Assembly: GCF_030028105.1 (NCBI RefSeq)
Contig: NC_092378.1
Coordinates: 19,958,715 to 20,022,714, forward strand
DNA from: Mobula birostris
Lineage: Eukaryota
Reading direction: 5' to 3'
Length of the DNA: 64,000 nt
Shown here: in pieces, positions 50,320 through 63,175 of the stretch
Layout of the letters: the number at the start of each line of letters is the position of its first letter
How positions within the stretch are numbered: the stretch's first letter is position 1
Position numbers and translations under genes: made by a program
Notes under the pieces: model-generated
The model's database searches: none
Seen by the model: the letters and a program-made list of their open reading frames with translations, nothing else
Told to the model about the DNA's origin: nothing

Positions 50320-52140
50320 ATCAGATTCAGAATCACTGGCACAGGTCATGAAATCTGTTGTTTTGTAGCAGCAGCATAGTGCAACACATAACAATAAAAA
50401 AAACTATAAATTACAATCAGAATCAGATTTAATACCACAGATGTGACATCTGTTAACAGCAGCAGCAGTATAATACATGATAATATAGAAAAAATACACG
50501 AATAAATCAATTAAAGTATATATTTGTACATTAAATAAATTAAAAAATAGTAAAAACAGAAATAATATTAAAAAAGTGAGGAGGTGTTCATGGGTTCGAT
50601 GTCCATTTAGAAATCGGACGGCAGAGGGGAAGAAGCTGTCCCTGAGTCACTGCGTGGGTGCCTTAAGGCTTCTGTATCTCTTTCCTGATGGTAACAGTGA
50701 GAGAAGGGCATGCCCTGGGTGATGGGGGTCCTTAATAATGGACGCTGCCTTCCTGAGACACCGCCCATGATGCCCATGATGGAGCTGACTGATTTTACAA
50801 GTTCTGTAGGCTTCTATCAATCCTGTGCAGTAGCCACTCACCAACCCCGACCCCCAAACCAGACAGTGATGCAGCCGGTCAGAACGATCTTCATGGTACA
50901 TCTGTAGAAGTTTCAAGTGTTTTAGGTGACAAACCAAATCTTCGCAAACATATCGAAATATAGCCTCTGTCTTTATAGCTGCATTAATATGTTGGGACCA
51001 GGTTAGATCCTCAGAAATCTTGACACCCAGGAACTTGAATTTGCTCACTCTTCCCACTTCTGATTCCTCTGTGAGGATTGGTTCATGTTATAAAATTATA
51101 TATATATTAAATATGTAGTGCAAAAAGAGCAAAAAACAGTGAGGTCATGTATATGGATTCTTTGTCCGTTCATAAATCTGCTGGTGGAAAGGAAGAAGCT
51201 TTTCCTAAAACATTAGATGTATGTCTTCATGCTCTTGTACCTCCTCTTTGATGGCAGCAATGAGAAGAGGGCACGTCCTGTGTGATGGGGGTCCTTAATG
51301 AGAGGTGCCGCCTTTTTGAGGCATCACCTTTTGAAAATGTCCTCGATACTGGGTAGCCTAGTGCCCATAATGAAGCTGGCTGAGTTTACAATTTTCTGCA
51401 GCCTTTTCAGATTCTGTGCAGTGGCCCCTCCCCCTCCATTCCAGACAGTGATGCAAGCAATTGGAATGCTCTCCACAGTACACAGAAATCCATGGCACAT
51501 TACAGGCCCTTCAGCCCATAATGCTGTGCCGACTATGTGACCTACTCTAGAAACTGCCTGGAATTTCCCTATCCCACTTTCAAGGAATTCTAGATCCGTA
51601 TTTCCAGATCACTTGTAGGAATTTGTGAGTGACTTTGGCGACATGCCAAATCTCCCCAAACTCCTAATGAAATATAACCGCTGTCACGCCTTCTTTGTAA
51701 CTGCATCAATATGTTTTGGGCCCAGGATAGATCCTCAGAGATGATGACACCCAGGAACTTGAAACTGCTCACTCTTTCCACTTCTGATCCCTCGATGAGG
51801 ACAGGTGTGTGTTCCCTCGACTTGCCCTTCCTGAATTCCTTGGTCTCACTGATGTTGAGTGCGAGGTTGTTGTTGCGAAACCACTCAACCAGCTGATCTG
51901 TCTCACTCCTGTACGCCTCTTCATCACCATCTGAAATTCTGCCAACAATAGCTGAGTCGTCAGCAAGTTCATAGATGGTGTTTGGGATGACCTAGCTGCA
52001 CAGTCACGGGTGTAGAGAGTAGATCAATAGGCAAAGCATGCAACCTTGAGGTGCAGTGGTGTTGATTGTCGGTGAGGAGGATCCACACTGACTGTGGTCT
52101 CCCAGTGAAGAATTCAAGAATCCAGTTGCAGAGGGAGGTA
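50320..52140 (-). mobile_element. Stacked Rex1/Babar-like LINE 3' fragments
   Basis: ERVSSFKFLGVIISEDLSW and SIIKDPHHPGHALLSLLPSGKRYRS in ORFs 50647..51057 and 51590..51781; aatcag-repeat tails. Confidence 0.82.
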
Positions 52141-52269
52141 CACAGTGAAAGTGATAGTGCTAATGCTCACACACAAAAGCAAAGCACCAAATATTTTAAA
52201 TCCTTTATTTTGTTATTTTCCCCCTCTACTCTGTACCTCTGAGTACATGCCATCAACATTGCTATAGGC

Positions 52270-52349
52270 CAGGGGTTTCTAACCCTTTTTTATGCCATGG
52301 ACCATTACCATTAACCAGGGAGTCTATAAACCCAAGTAGGGAGCCCCTG
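52270..52349. mobile_element. 80-bp hAT (Charlie-like) MITE
   Basis: Termini cagggg..cccctg; perfect 8-bp TSD ctataggc (52262-52269, 52350-52357). Confidence 0.85.
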
Positions 52350-52988
52350 CTATAGGCAATGAATTTCAATCACTGAGAAGATTGGGGACAAGTCCAAATT
52401 CAACCTTCAAACTAATAACCTGGCGATCTTTTCTCTTCCCTGATTCAAGGGTACTAGAAGCAATTGCAATACTTCGCTTGAGTATCTTTCGTGGCGTGAC
52501 TAGCAAAGACTTCCATAGTCATGGTTGTTTACTACTTTAGTTTGCTGAATTAAAATGTGTAGCAAATGTACAGTCAGAAAAACAGTTCTCTTGATTAAAT
52601 ACTAAAGGGAAGCTACCTTGTCGTAAAACCAAATGAGCTAAAGATTAATGTCACCTTGACAACAAACAGACATTAACATGACAGAAACTAACAGGCCTGC
52701 AAACTGGCACTAGTTGGCAACATTACAAAGAATAATACCAAAATGTGACGCAAATAAATGCAGATACAGAGGTTCCAAAATACAAGTGAAATAACATTGT
52801 CCTTTTCCATGCATTGGGTCATTCCTACAAACAACTATTTGGAAAATCCTTTTCCAATGTAGATTGAACTTCAGAAATTGGATTCATGATGTCACTAATT
52901 AAGCCATGCTCCCATGAATACACAGCAACAGCAAATATCAAGTTTGTTGCTTAGCAATGCACATAGCTACAAAGATATCAACAATAAC

Positions 52989-53653
52989 TTTGAAGAAGGC
53001 GAATGCAATATTGGCATTCATTTCTAGAGGAATAGAGTATAGGAGCAGGGATGTGATGTTGAGGCTCTATAAGGCGCTGGTGAGACCTCACTTGGAGTAC
53101 TGTGGGCAGTTTTGGTCTCCTTATTTAAGAAATGATGTGCTGACGTTGGAGAGGGTACAGAGAAGATTCACTAGAATGATTCCGGGAATGAGAAGGTTAA
53201 CATATGAGGAACGTTTGTCCACTCTTGGACTGTATTCCTTGGAGTTTAGAAGAATGAGGGGAGACCTCATAGAAACATATCGAATGCTAAAAGGCATGGA
53301 CAGAGTGGATGTGGCAAAGTTGTTTCCCATGATGGGGGAGTCTAGTACGAGAGGGCATGACTTAAGGATTGAAGGGCGCCCTTTCAGAACAGAAATGTGA
53401 AAACATTTTTTTAGTCAGAGGGTGGTGAATCTATGGAATTTGTTGCCACAGGCAGCAGTGGAGGCCAAGTCATTGGGTGTATTTAAGGCAGAGCTTGATA
53501 GGTATCTGAGTAGCCAGGGCATCAAAGGTTATGGTGAGAAGGCGGGGGAGTGGGACTAAATAGGAGAATGGATCAGCTCATGATAAAATGGCGGAGCAGA
53601 CTCGATGGGCTGAATGGCCTACTTCTGCTCCTTTGTCTTATGGTCTATGGTCT
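52989..53653 (+). mobile_element. 5'-truncated young CR1 3' end; candidate aataac target duplication
   Basis: ORF 52957..53400 (LYKALVRPHLEYC) and a tatggtc tail. aataac at 52983-52988 and 53654-53659. Confidence 0.9.
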
Positions 53654-53903
53654 AATAACATCTTTGGGGGGAATTTAACATCAGAATATTTGAGCCCAGA
53701 ACTATCAAATCTTGCTTATTGTTTCAAACCAGTATACTTCAAGTAGGTCCTGCACTGAAAGAGAATTGATATCTAAAACATATAAGGGCAGATGAAATCA
53801 CTTCTCAAATTATACCAGGAACAAGAATTACAAATTAATTGTATCTCCAAGATTTCACAAAAAGTTATCAGACTGATACTGATACAAGTATACTGCACAG
53901 ATA

Positions 53904-54031
53904 CTGATGAAGGGTCTCGGCACAAAACGTCGACTGTGCTTCTTCCTGTGGATGCTGTCTGGCCTGCTGTGTTCCACCAGCATTTTGTGTGTGTTGCTTG
54001 AATTTCCAGCATCTGCAGATTTCCTCGTGTC
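53904..54031 (+). mobile_element. Single-arm Penelope-type mini-element starting at the hammerhead core (GAAA mutated to AAAA)
   Basis: TSD cacagatact at 53896-53905 and 54032-54041. Confidence 0.8.
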
Positions 54032-54822
54032 CACAGATACTTACTGACTTTGGTTCTAGCAGTTTCAATTTTTATCAAAAATTTGAAGCAATTTCCTTCA
54101 GAACAAGTCAATTCTAACACAGATTGTGAAGTCTAGGCTGTTACAATAAGATTAACTGTACTTATCTTCCAGTCCTATTGACTCAAGTCTCTTTGCTTTC
54201 CAATTCCCCATCTCTCCCATATGTAGTGCTGACAAGCAGGCATTTCTTAACTATTTTTAGTTGGTCTGAGGAGAATCAGTATATTGGTTTGACAGAAATC
54301 CAGATAAGCACATTATTTCATACAACAGTCAAGAAGCAGAGTTAATTACATTAGTGTAGGACAGGAACAACAAAAGCCAGGATTGGATAAGGATGACAAG
54401 TTTTCTTCTTCAAATAATGTTAGTAAACCATTTGGGCACTTAAAACATTCCAACGAGCTCACTATCATATTTACTGATAACAGCTATTTTACTTCTAAAC
54501 TATAACATTTGAATCTTTCTATCAGAATTACTAATTTAGGACTTTTAATGACTTGTCCAACAAAATAACTGCAAAATGCTTGTGATACTTTCTACCTGGT
54601 CACTGATGATCTTTTCATTGTCAACACAAAGTTAATATTATTAGAAATAACTTCAGGCACATCTGCTGTGCTAAACTGGAAAAATCACCACACAATTTTG
54701 TGCTAAGGCATTCAGCCTAAAAGATTCCATATTCAATACCTTCAACCTCAGTAAGGATTATCGCTCTACCATTTGCCTCAACAATCCTAGGTTAGAGAGA
54801 GAAAAACATTGAATGGATTAAT

Positions 54823-54934
54823 GAATTGTCTGCTAACCAGGAAGGACTAGATAGAACTGTCTGCTATCCAGGAAGGACTAGATAGAATTGTCTGCAATCC
54901 ATGAAGGACTAGGTAGAATTGTCTGCTATCCAGA
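54823..54934. repeat. 31-bp minisatellite, ~3.6 copies
   Basis: Unit gaattgtctgctatccaggaaggactagata. Confidence 0.9.
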
Positions 54935-55239
54935 ATGGGATGCTGGAAACTTTACACTTGGAAAGGTTAGATGAAGCCATGTATGTTTCTACCATTGTCC
55001 CTTCAATGAGTAAATTGCTTGCAATATGAGAATCTGGTTACCCTTTTAAAGTGAGGGCATGTGGTTATGCTAATGAAGAGCAGCCAGATTCAGTGGAGCA
55101 ATACCTTTAGCAAGAGTCTACAACTGAAGAGAGCAGGGGAGGAAATAGTGGAAAAGAGAAATCCTCTGCAAATATATGTGCACAGAACAGCAGCTTCAAT
55201 CCATTTGGGACGAGAGGGGCATATTCTGTACTTATTGGA

Positions 55240-55524
55240 TCACGGTAGTGTAGTGTTTAGCACAACGCTTTACAGTACAGGTGATCCAGGTTCAATTCCC
55301 ACTGCTGCCTATAGGAAGTTTGCATGTTATCCCCGTGACCGCGAGGGTTTCCTCCAGGTGCTTCCGGTTCCCTACCACAGTCCAAAGACGTACCAATTGG
55401 TAGGTTAATAGGTCATTGTAAATTGTCCAGTGACTAGGCTAGGATTAAATCAGGTAATCACTGGGCAGCGTGGCTTGAAGGTCCGGAAGGACCTATTCCA
55501 TGCTGTATCTCAATCAATCAATCA
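55240..55524 (+). mobile_element. V-SINE (HE1-like); a more degraded copy at ~60950-61400 is interrupted by a Penelope-type mini-element
   Basis: Same head and V-domain, with a (tcaa)n tail. Confidence 0.8.
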
Positions 55525-55644
55525 TTAAAAATTATTATGAAGTGCTTTAGAATGATTTGCTGACACAATACAAAAGAAAATTATTATAAAAGAAGAACCA
55601 CAAAACATCTTTTCAACTTTATTCCAGGTTGTCCAAGGACTCAC

Positions 55645-55759
55645 CATCATATTTAGCTAATACTGCTTGCACGTCAGCGTAGGCTTGTAACTCTAAAAGT
55701 GCCTCCAGTAAATTTTCATGAATATTAAACATGCTGAGGAGAGGGAATTCCTTCATCAG
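55645..55759 (-). CDS. ST7: ST7 coding exon (115 nt): [38 protein letters not shown]
   Basis: Manual translation. Acceptor tactttgcag, donor gtgagt. Confidence 0.96.
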
Positions 55760-56442
55760 CTGCAAAGTAACCAAACTCAGAGTTACATAGCGGAAGAGGA
55801 AATAATATACAGTTTAAAAAAGGAAATTGTAAACTAAGTTGGCATATTTTGAGTTATGGGTTTTCGACAGTTCAGAATGTTCTCCACTTGTATTAAAGGT
55901 TGTAGTAAACTTTGGTTGGAGTTTGTATACTGTGCTGATTCGGCAGTGTATCAATGTACTATAACAGATATAGAGTAAGTTATTCTGTTAGCTAGTTTTT
56001 CAAAAACTCTGAATTTAAACTTAATGGCTGTGAATAACATATTTATTTCTTAGGAACACTTGCCGACTGTCCACTGTATATTGTCAGGGTCTAAAATTGT
56101 TAATGTTTATCATTTACAAACCTTTAGTTATTGAACAGAAAAACACAATCATTGTGCACTAAAACACAATTCTTCTTACAATTAGAAACCAATAAGTTGT
56201 CTGCAATTGCTCAGACCGATCATGAAGGTGAACATCAAGTGTCGGTATGCATTGAAGTTGTTTTCTTTCATGATATTTCAATTGCATGGATGCCAGAATC
56301 TACATTAGCCGTATATAGGTGGTAGAATCAGTCATCAGGTTTTCACATTGCACTACCTTTCAGATTTTTAAACATTTTAACACTATACGCAGGTGCAGCA
56401 AGCCTTGCTGGTATTATGCTGTTAATTTCCATTTCTACTCAC

Positions 56443-56540
56443 ATCTCGCATCATTTTTACAGCTTCTCTTGTCCTTCCCAGTTTTCTCGAACACATCGCC
56501 AATCTTCTTTTAATATAAACTAACACGTTTGTGTCTCGCC
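56443..56540 (-). CDS. ST7: ST7 coding exon (98 nt): [33 protein letters not shown]
   Basis: Manual translation. Acceptor tgtctttcag, donor gtgagt, phase-compatible with neighbours. [12 protein letters not shown] fits ST7 better than ST7L. Confidence 0.96.
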
Positions 56541-58726
56541 CTGAAAGACAAGCATCGTGTATGCAAATGCATATTTCTGTTCGAGAAGACAGCCATTAAA
56601 TGAAAAACAATCTCTCACACCTAATTACTCAATAATAGATCACAATAATAGATTAGAAAGATCTAAATAGAAACATAAATAAAAATGTCATCGTGATCAG
56701 AATATATTTCACAACTCAGGTTAATCATGGCTGCTTTTTCTCAAGATGAAGATGAGTAAGCTGAATGTATTTTAACATAGCAATAACAAGGTTGTGATCA
56801 GATACATTTGCCATTACCACAACTCACCACCTTATAATCTCATCATCGTTTCTTTGATTCAGGCTGGTTTAACTACTTTCTTACCTGCCTATCACTTCCC
56901 CCTGGGTCCCCTCCTCCTTCCCTTTCTCCCGTGGTCCACTCTCCTCTCCTATCAGATTCCTTCTTCTCCAGCCCTTTACCTTTTCCACCTATCACCTTCC
57001 AGCCAGCTTCCTTCCCCTCCATCCACCTTTTTATTCTGACGTCTTCCATTTTCCTTTTTGGTCTTGAGGAAGGGTCTCAGCCCGAAACGCTGACTATCTA
57101 TTCACTTCCACAGATGCCGCCTGACCTGCTGAGTTCCTCCTGCATTTTGTGTGTGTGGGGCTTTGCCTTAACTACCTGTTTTTCCCAGGTTGATCTAAGC
57201 TCCACACCATAACAAAGCTTCAAACAGTTATTCCTTGGACTCCTATACAACATATGCTTCATTTGGTTGTCTGGAACAGAACAAGAGGAAGGGGTTGCTA
57301 CCTTCCCTTTCCCTCTTAAGTACTAAATTACCAAATTAGTTCATTGTTGCCACATGTACCTAGGTATAGTGAAAAAGTTGTCTCGCATACCGTCCATATA
57401 GATTAACTTATTATAACAATACACTGAAGTAGTACCAGGTAAAGCAATAGCAGAACACAGAATAAAGTGTTAAAAGACAGAGAAAGGGCAGTGCAGGTCA
57501 ACAGTAAAGTGCAAGGCTATAACCAGCTAGATTGCAAAGTCAAGAATCCACCTCATCGTACTAGGAAACCATTCAATTGTCTTACAACAGCAGGATAGAA
57601 GTTGTCCTTGAAGGTGGTGGTCGGTGTGCTTTCAAAGTTTTGTACCTCCTCCCTGATGGGTGGAGGAGAGGAGAGAATGTCTGGGGTGGGAGGGATCTTT
57701 GATCATGCAGGCAGCTCTAAAAAGATAGAATTTTTAGTTTTCTAGTGCCAAGGCTTCTAAATAACATATTCTTATGGGATGCTGAGCAAATATGTTATGA
57801 AAGAGTGAAAAATAAATGCACAGCATGCTGAGGAGGGAAATGAAACAGGACATCATTCCAATAAGCAAGTTATAGTCAGTCTTGTGAATGGCAATAAAAA
57901 ATTCTGCATCTCCACATAGATTCAATCTATAACATTCTAATGGTCTTAACAGTAAAATTATTTAACTATGTTATTCATTTAATTTTCAACAGACTATTGT
58001 AAACACAGTGGTTGTTTTATTATTCCATATAACATTTTCTGCTTCACCTTTTTTTTGAAGAGATAATCAATTGCTTCCTAAGTAAAGATTAAATGAATGT
58101 AGCAAATTTAGGACGGGATATTAATACTCATACCAGTCAGCCTTGAGATTCAAGATGTTAAAAGATACTATGAATGTGAAAATTCTGAGGTTAATTTAAA
58201 CCTTGTTTGGTGTTCAGGACACTTTGAACATCAATATCTCAGCCTGTGCCTCACTAATACTCCCATCACCTTGGAAGTAACTCGCTAACAGGAAAAATCC
58301 TTCACACTATTCCCAGAGAGATTTGTGTCATCTATCTCTATCTCCCTACATTTTCTGAACTTGAGGGCGACACTGGATTCTCAACAAATGTATTTAAATA
58401 AGCAGTTTCTTCTCAGTGAGAGGTCTCCAATTTCTAGCCCTTTGTTTCGAGGTTCAATTGTGCAATTGTTCTTAGCACCTTGGCTACATCCTGCCGGCAC
58501 TTACATTTCTGTCATAAATATTGTGGACACAAGGTCTGCTCCATAATCACCAGCAACAGTCCCCACTACTGTGATTCTTACATTTCCTATTTTGTCTAAT
58601 CCACATTATGACCTTCTGCACTCTCTAGCCAAAAGCTCCAAGAAATGAAGAGACCTTGAGAGAACCAAAATTGAAATAATTTGTTGACAATCAAAGGCGG
58701 GCAGTTTTAGTCTGCATGGTACTTAC

Positions 58727-58881
58727 TGTGTTGTGCTTCATACTGCGCTCCGTGATGCTGCAGTTGTTGACTGCGTCTGTAACAGACCTCTCCTGCCTTT
58801 AGTGCTTGCTTAAAGAGTCTTTCTGCTTCCACAATGGTAGTAGCTTCTTCTTCAGCCAAAAGAATGTATGCAGTTGCACAT
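58727..58881 (-). CDS. ST7: ST7 coding exon (155 nt): CATAYILLAEEEATTIVEAERLFKQALKAGEVCYRRSQQLQHHGAQYEAQH
   Basis: Translation matches vertebrate ST7. Acceptor ttttcacag, donor gtaagt. Starts in phase 2, ends in phase 1. Confidence 0.96.
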
Positions 58882-59459
58882 CTGTGAAAAGATTCATGCC
58901 TTATTACACTTAGACCCTTCTGAAATTGCTTCACTGATAATGTTATAAAATAGCATTTGTTTTTATAAACTGATTTGTTTTCAGGATTTGGCTGTCAGAG
59001 GAAAAGTCAAGATCTATAGGTCATGTGTCACTGAAACCTTCATTCACTCTACCAAAAGTGCACTGGCTGCACAGTTACTCACCTAGGTTACATGGACGGC
59101 TCCTCTCACATCTGAGACCTCCGGCATTAAACCTATAACCTCCACCATCAATAGGTGAAGAGCAGCAGATACACAGGATACAACCACCAGCAGACTTCCC
59201 TCCACAAACCTGACCTGGAAATGTAATATCATCTTCACTGGGACCAAATCTGGGTATTCCCTCCCCAAAAGAGCCTTGAGGGCACCTTCACCAGAAGGAC
59301 TGCATCAATTCAAGGTGGAGGAATGCCACTGCATTCTCAGAATTAGTAGGGATAGACAATAGATGCAGACCCAATGAGCAGCATTCACATTCTGCAAAAT
59401 GCATTTTTGAAAAAATATCCTTCAATAGTGTGGTTGGCTAGGCCATTAGTTACTGCCCT

Positions 59460-59740
59460 GTTACACCACTGGCATTTAGGGCAGCAATGATTGCCCTTAG
59501 GATTCTTTATTGCTGTTTCTATAACATTTTTTTTTGACCAGTGAGCCCTGAGCTGCGCCCCCGAACCTGGAGGACAGGTGAACCACTCTTAGTCTGGCCT
59601 CTACCCTTTGCCCTGTTGGACATGGGTGACCCTACCAAGTGTCAAAGCACAAGGCCCTGACTCCAGCCAACGCAGCTCTCCAGGCCATCAAAGCACCCAA
59701 GCCTCCAAATCCTACGACAAGGTCGTAGCCCTCCTGGAGG
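59460..59740 (-). mobile_element. Internally deleted RTE derivative (shortest copy)
   Basis: Same 5' module joined almost directly to ..tcattgctgccctaaatgccagtgg. Confidence 0.65.
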
Positions 59741-60174
59741 TGGCTAGGCCATTCCAGAGGGTCAATCGGAGATACGGAGGCAGACGTAGATCGTACTAGG
59801 AAAATAAGAACAGATTTCCTTCCTTAAAGGACTTCATTAGCTTAAAGGTCTTTGGCCTTGGTCAACAAATGTAAGGTTGATTCTGCACTCTCAGCAGTGG
59901 TCTCACATAGAACAGTACAGCAAAGGAATTGACTCTTTGGCCCACAGTGTCTATACTGAACACAATACAAAATTAAACTAATTCTCTTCTACATGCACAT
60001 GCCTCCATTCCCTGCACATTCATGTGACTATTTAAAATCCTCTTTAACCTCACTACCCCCGGCAGTCTATTCCAGGCATCCAGCACCCTCCATGTAAAAA
60101 AAAATACCTACCCAACACACATAAAAGTTGCTGGTGAACGCAGCAAGCCAGGCAGCATCTCTAGGAAGAGGTGC

Positions 60175-60210
60175 AGTCGACATTTCAGGCCGAGACCCTT
60201 CGTCAGGACT
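60175..60210 (-). ncRNA. Minimal hammerhead ribozyme motif on the ST7 sense strand
   Basis: The reverse complement reads agtc-CTGACGA-agggtctcggcct-GAAA-tgtc-gact, with one C>T in stem III. Confidence 0.65.
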
Positions 60211-60436
60211 AACTGAAGGAAGAGTTAGTAAGGGATTTGAAAGTGGGAGGGGGAGATCCAAAATGATAGGAGAAGACAGGAGGGGGAGGGATGGAGCCAA
60301 GAGCTGGACAGGTGATTGGCAAAGGGGATACAAGAGGATCATGGGACAGGAGGTCCCCCTCCTGTCTTCTCCTATCATTTTGGATCTCCCCCTCCCCCTC
60401 CAACTTTCAAATCCCTTACTCACTCTTCCTTCAGTT

Positions 60437-60472
60437 AGTCCTGACGAAGGGTCTCGGCCTGAAACGTCGACT
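60437..60472 (+). ncRNA. Minimal type I hammerhead ribozyme motif
   Basis: agtc-CTGACGA-agggtctcggcct-GAAA-cgtc-gact: stem I agtc/gact, intact catalytic core, stem II agg/cct, palindromic ACGT at stem III, GUC cleavage triplet. Confidence 0.75.
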
Positions 60473-62510
60473 GCACCTCTTCCTAGAGATGCTGCCTGGC
60501 CTGCTGCGTTCACCAGCAACTTTGATGTGTGTTGCTTGAATTTCCAGCATCTGCAGAATTCCTGTTGTTTGCCTACCCAACGCATCTCCTTTAAACTTTT
60601 TCCTTCTCACTTTAAATACATGTCCAAGTATGCACATGCACTGAACCCCATTAACAGATACATTATTCAGGATCAGTGATGTTCTGCTTGAAAGACTAAA
60701 TTCATTCTAAAAAGATGATAACATAATTTGCCTAGTATTTCAAACTGCAGAAATTATGCAAATGACATATACGCACCATTACTGCTTTCAGTAGCTGAAC
60801 TTCCTTTCAGCTACATAAAGGTCAAAATAAATCAGGTTTAGATTCCAGCCTATGCCAAGTTCTAAAGCTAGATATACACTTAGCGCCTCTAGGATGTTGA
60901 AGAAGGAAGATATATCTCTCATTCCAAATGGGCAGCGAGAACAACTGTCTCATGGCTCCAAAGAGTCCATGGGTTCAATCCTGACCTTCAACACAGTCCA
61001 TGTGAAGTTTTCATGCTCTTCCCATAACAATGTTGATTTGCACCAGTTACCCAAAGTCATGAATGTTGGTAGGTTAACAGGTCACTGTAAATTTGTTCTA
61101 TTATGTTGGTGTGCTGTAAAATCTGACAGAAGTTGATGGGAAGCAACGCACAGAAAATGCTGGAGGAATGCAGCAGGTCAGGCAGCATCTATGGAAAAGG
61201 GTAGACAGTTGACCTTTTGGGCTGAGACCCTTCATTGTTGCTTTGGATTTCCAGCATCTGCAGATTTTCCTGTGTTTAAGAATTGATGGGAGTATAATTT
61301 AAGTAACATGGAATTATTGTACTACTGGTATAAATAGATAATTAATGCTTGTGGACTCAGTGGCCAAAGGGCTTGTTTCTGTGCTATGTCACTCTATGAT
61401 TGATTAACCCATCCCATGGGTGGAACATACAATCTGTATAATAATCAGGCAGCAACTGATGAGCGTACTGAATTGCCCCTTATGGTAGTCTTGCTATCTC
61501 TGTGCGCAAGGTAACCACATATAACATTCTAAAAGCTGTGCCAGCATTCATGGAACTGCATACCAAGCAAGAACTGGTGGCAAGAGGCGGAAAATTAAGA
61601 TTCATGAGAAAATGAACTTCAGGATTATATATGGTGACATATATATATACTTTGATAATAACATTTATTTTGAACTTTGAAGACACCCATAACATTAACA
61701 AATCACTTATTTTGTATTGAGATTTCAAATGACTGCAAATGTCTTCACTTATTACTGATCTGATGTAAAATTGCCTCAATATGGTGACTTGGACCCTGAG
61801 AAAAACTGACTGGAGTTGTGTTAGCATAAAAGACAGATTTCAGAAGCTGCACTTAGACTGACATCCCAACTATTTCATTCTAGACATTTTGCATGCTAAC
61901 AATGTGAGCTTACATATCAGTATTTGTAATTAGATTTAAAACGAGTCATCAGAATTACGAGACAATTCTTCCTAAGTAGTTTTATAATTTACTAGGACGT
62001 GGACTCAGGGGAAATGTTGCCTCTACAGGTCTCCTTTTGTGTTCCGCAGATCAACCAACGATCCTAACCAACAAAAAATTGTGATTTCTCACAAAGTATT
62101 AGATAAATCTGAACAAAATACTATTGTATACTGAACAAATCTGCTTTAGGTTGAGCCCTTGGCATGTTCTGCTGATATCAAAGAATTGTAGCATAAGAAA
62201 TATTGTACATGATTAAGAGAAATGGCAGCAAGTGATTCAAGTGAAGTGCTCTCAATGAAAACTAAACCCCAAGGATGACAATAACATTTCTTTATTTTTT
62301 TTTAGGATGTATGCAAGACTTCTAAACCCAATCTTGGTTGCTCTGAGAAGATTGTGGTGGGCACTTCAAAAAGCACAGTGTTATGTGGTTGGCCTCATAT
62401 GCAAAACAGGTTGACCAGAGATTACAAGTTTCTTCCTTGTGGGACATAAGTGAACTCACACGATTTTGACACCTTTTCATAGCCACTAGCTTGGTTCCAG
62501 TCCACAAAAT

Positions 62511-62608
62511 CATCAGACTATAATGAATTCATCAGACTATACTAAATTCGTCAGACTATACTGCATTCATCAGACTATACTGAATTCATCAGACTATATT
62601 GAATTCAC
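62511..62608. repeat. 19-bp minisatellite, ~5 copies
   Basis: Unit catcagactatactgaatt. Confidence 0.9.
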
Positions 62609-63095
62609 TTCGCACATCCCACTGTGGGATTTGAACGCACGATTCAGAGTTATTAATCGAGCCTATATCCATTCGGCCACAGGACACCCATTCTCCACTA
62701 TACTATTTAATTACCCAAAGCCACTCTTTACAATTTCTTCTGCATTTTATTGTATTTTGAATATTCATGACACACTTATTAAATGAATACATTGTGTGCA
62801 AATGTTGCTGGGCCATAATTAAAGATAATGATAATGCCAGTTAAGATTTTTAGCATTATGTGGCCAATTTTATTTTCTGTAAAATACGTAAAGCACTCAA
62901 TATTCACCAGTGTTTGCAAAATTACACAACCAGAAACAACTACATTACACTGAATGTAAATTTATTAGGTTTAAGTTTTCTAAATGCCTGTTGGTTAGCA
63001 ATTTGACTATAAATTATGAGCGCCAGGTCAAATAGCATAAAAGACTCCAACAATCTTATTTGATTTCTTTATTATCAGACAGAGATTCTATACTG

Positions 63096-63175
63096 CAGGG
63101 GCTCCCAACCTGAGGTTCACAGATCCCTTGCTTAATGGTAGTGGTCCATGGTGTAAAAAAGGTTGGCAACCCCTG
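63096..63175. mobile_element. 80-bp hAT MITE, same family, opposite orientation
   Basis: Termini caggggctcccaacc / ggttggcaacccctg; flanks ctatactg / ctgtacag (6/8 match). Confidence 0.8.

Larger units (their letters stand above)
60117..60571. mobile_element. Fold-back Penelope-type non-autonomous element with a hammerhead ribozyme in each arm
   Basis: Arms ~60117-60290 and ~60357-60532 are near-perfect reverse complements. TSD cctacccaac at 60107-60116 and 60572-60581. Confidence 0.85.

Noticed and set aside
54823-54934. 31-bp repeats (and 19-bp repeats at 62511-62608) as a CRISPR-like array
   Set aside because: Head-to-tail units with no unique spacers, no cas genes, and a vertebrate context: ordinary minisatellites.
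60067-60679. Overlapping 172- and 183-aa ORFs on both strands with internal similarity
   Set aside because: Artefact of the inverted-repeat mini-element; the same pseudo-peptides arise at 4407-4685 and 53773-54120.
60777-60810. Possible ST7 micro-exon (tttatgtag..gtgcgt)
   Set aside because: 34 nt, not frame-preserving, weak pyrimidine tract and no similarity to known ST7 sequence.
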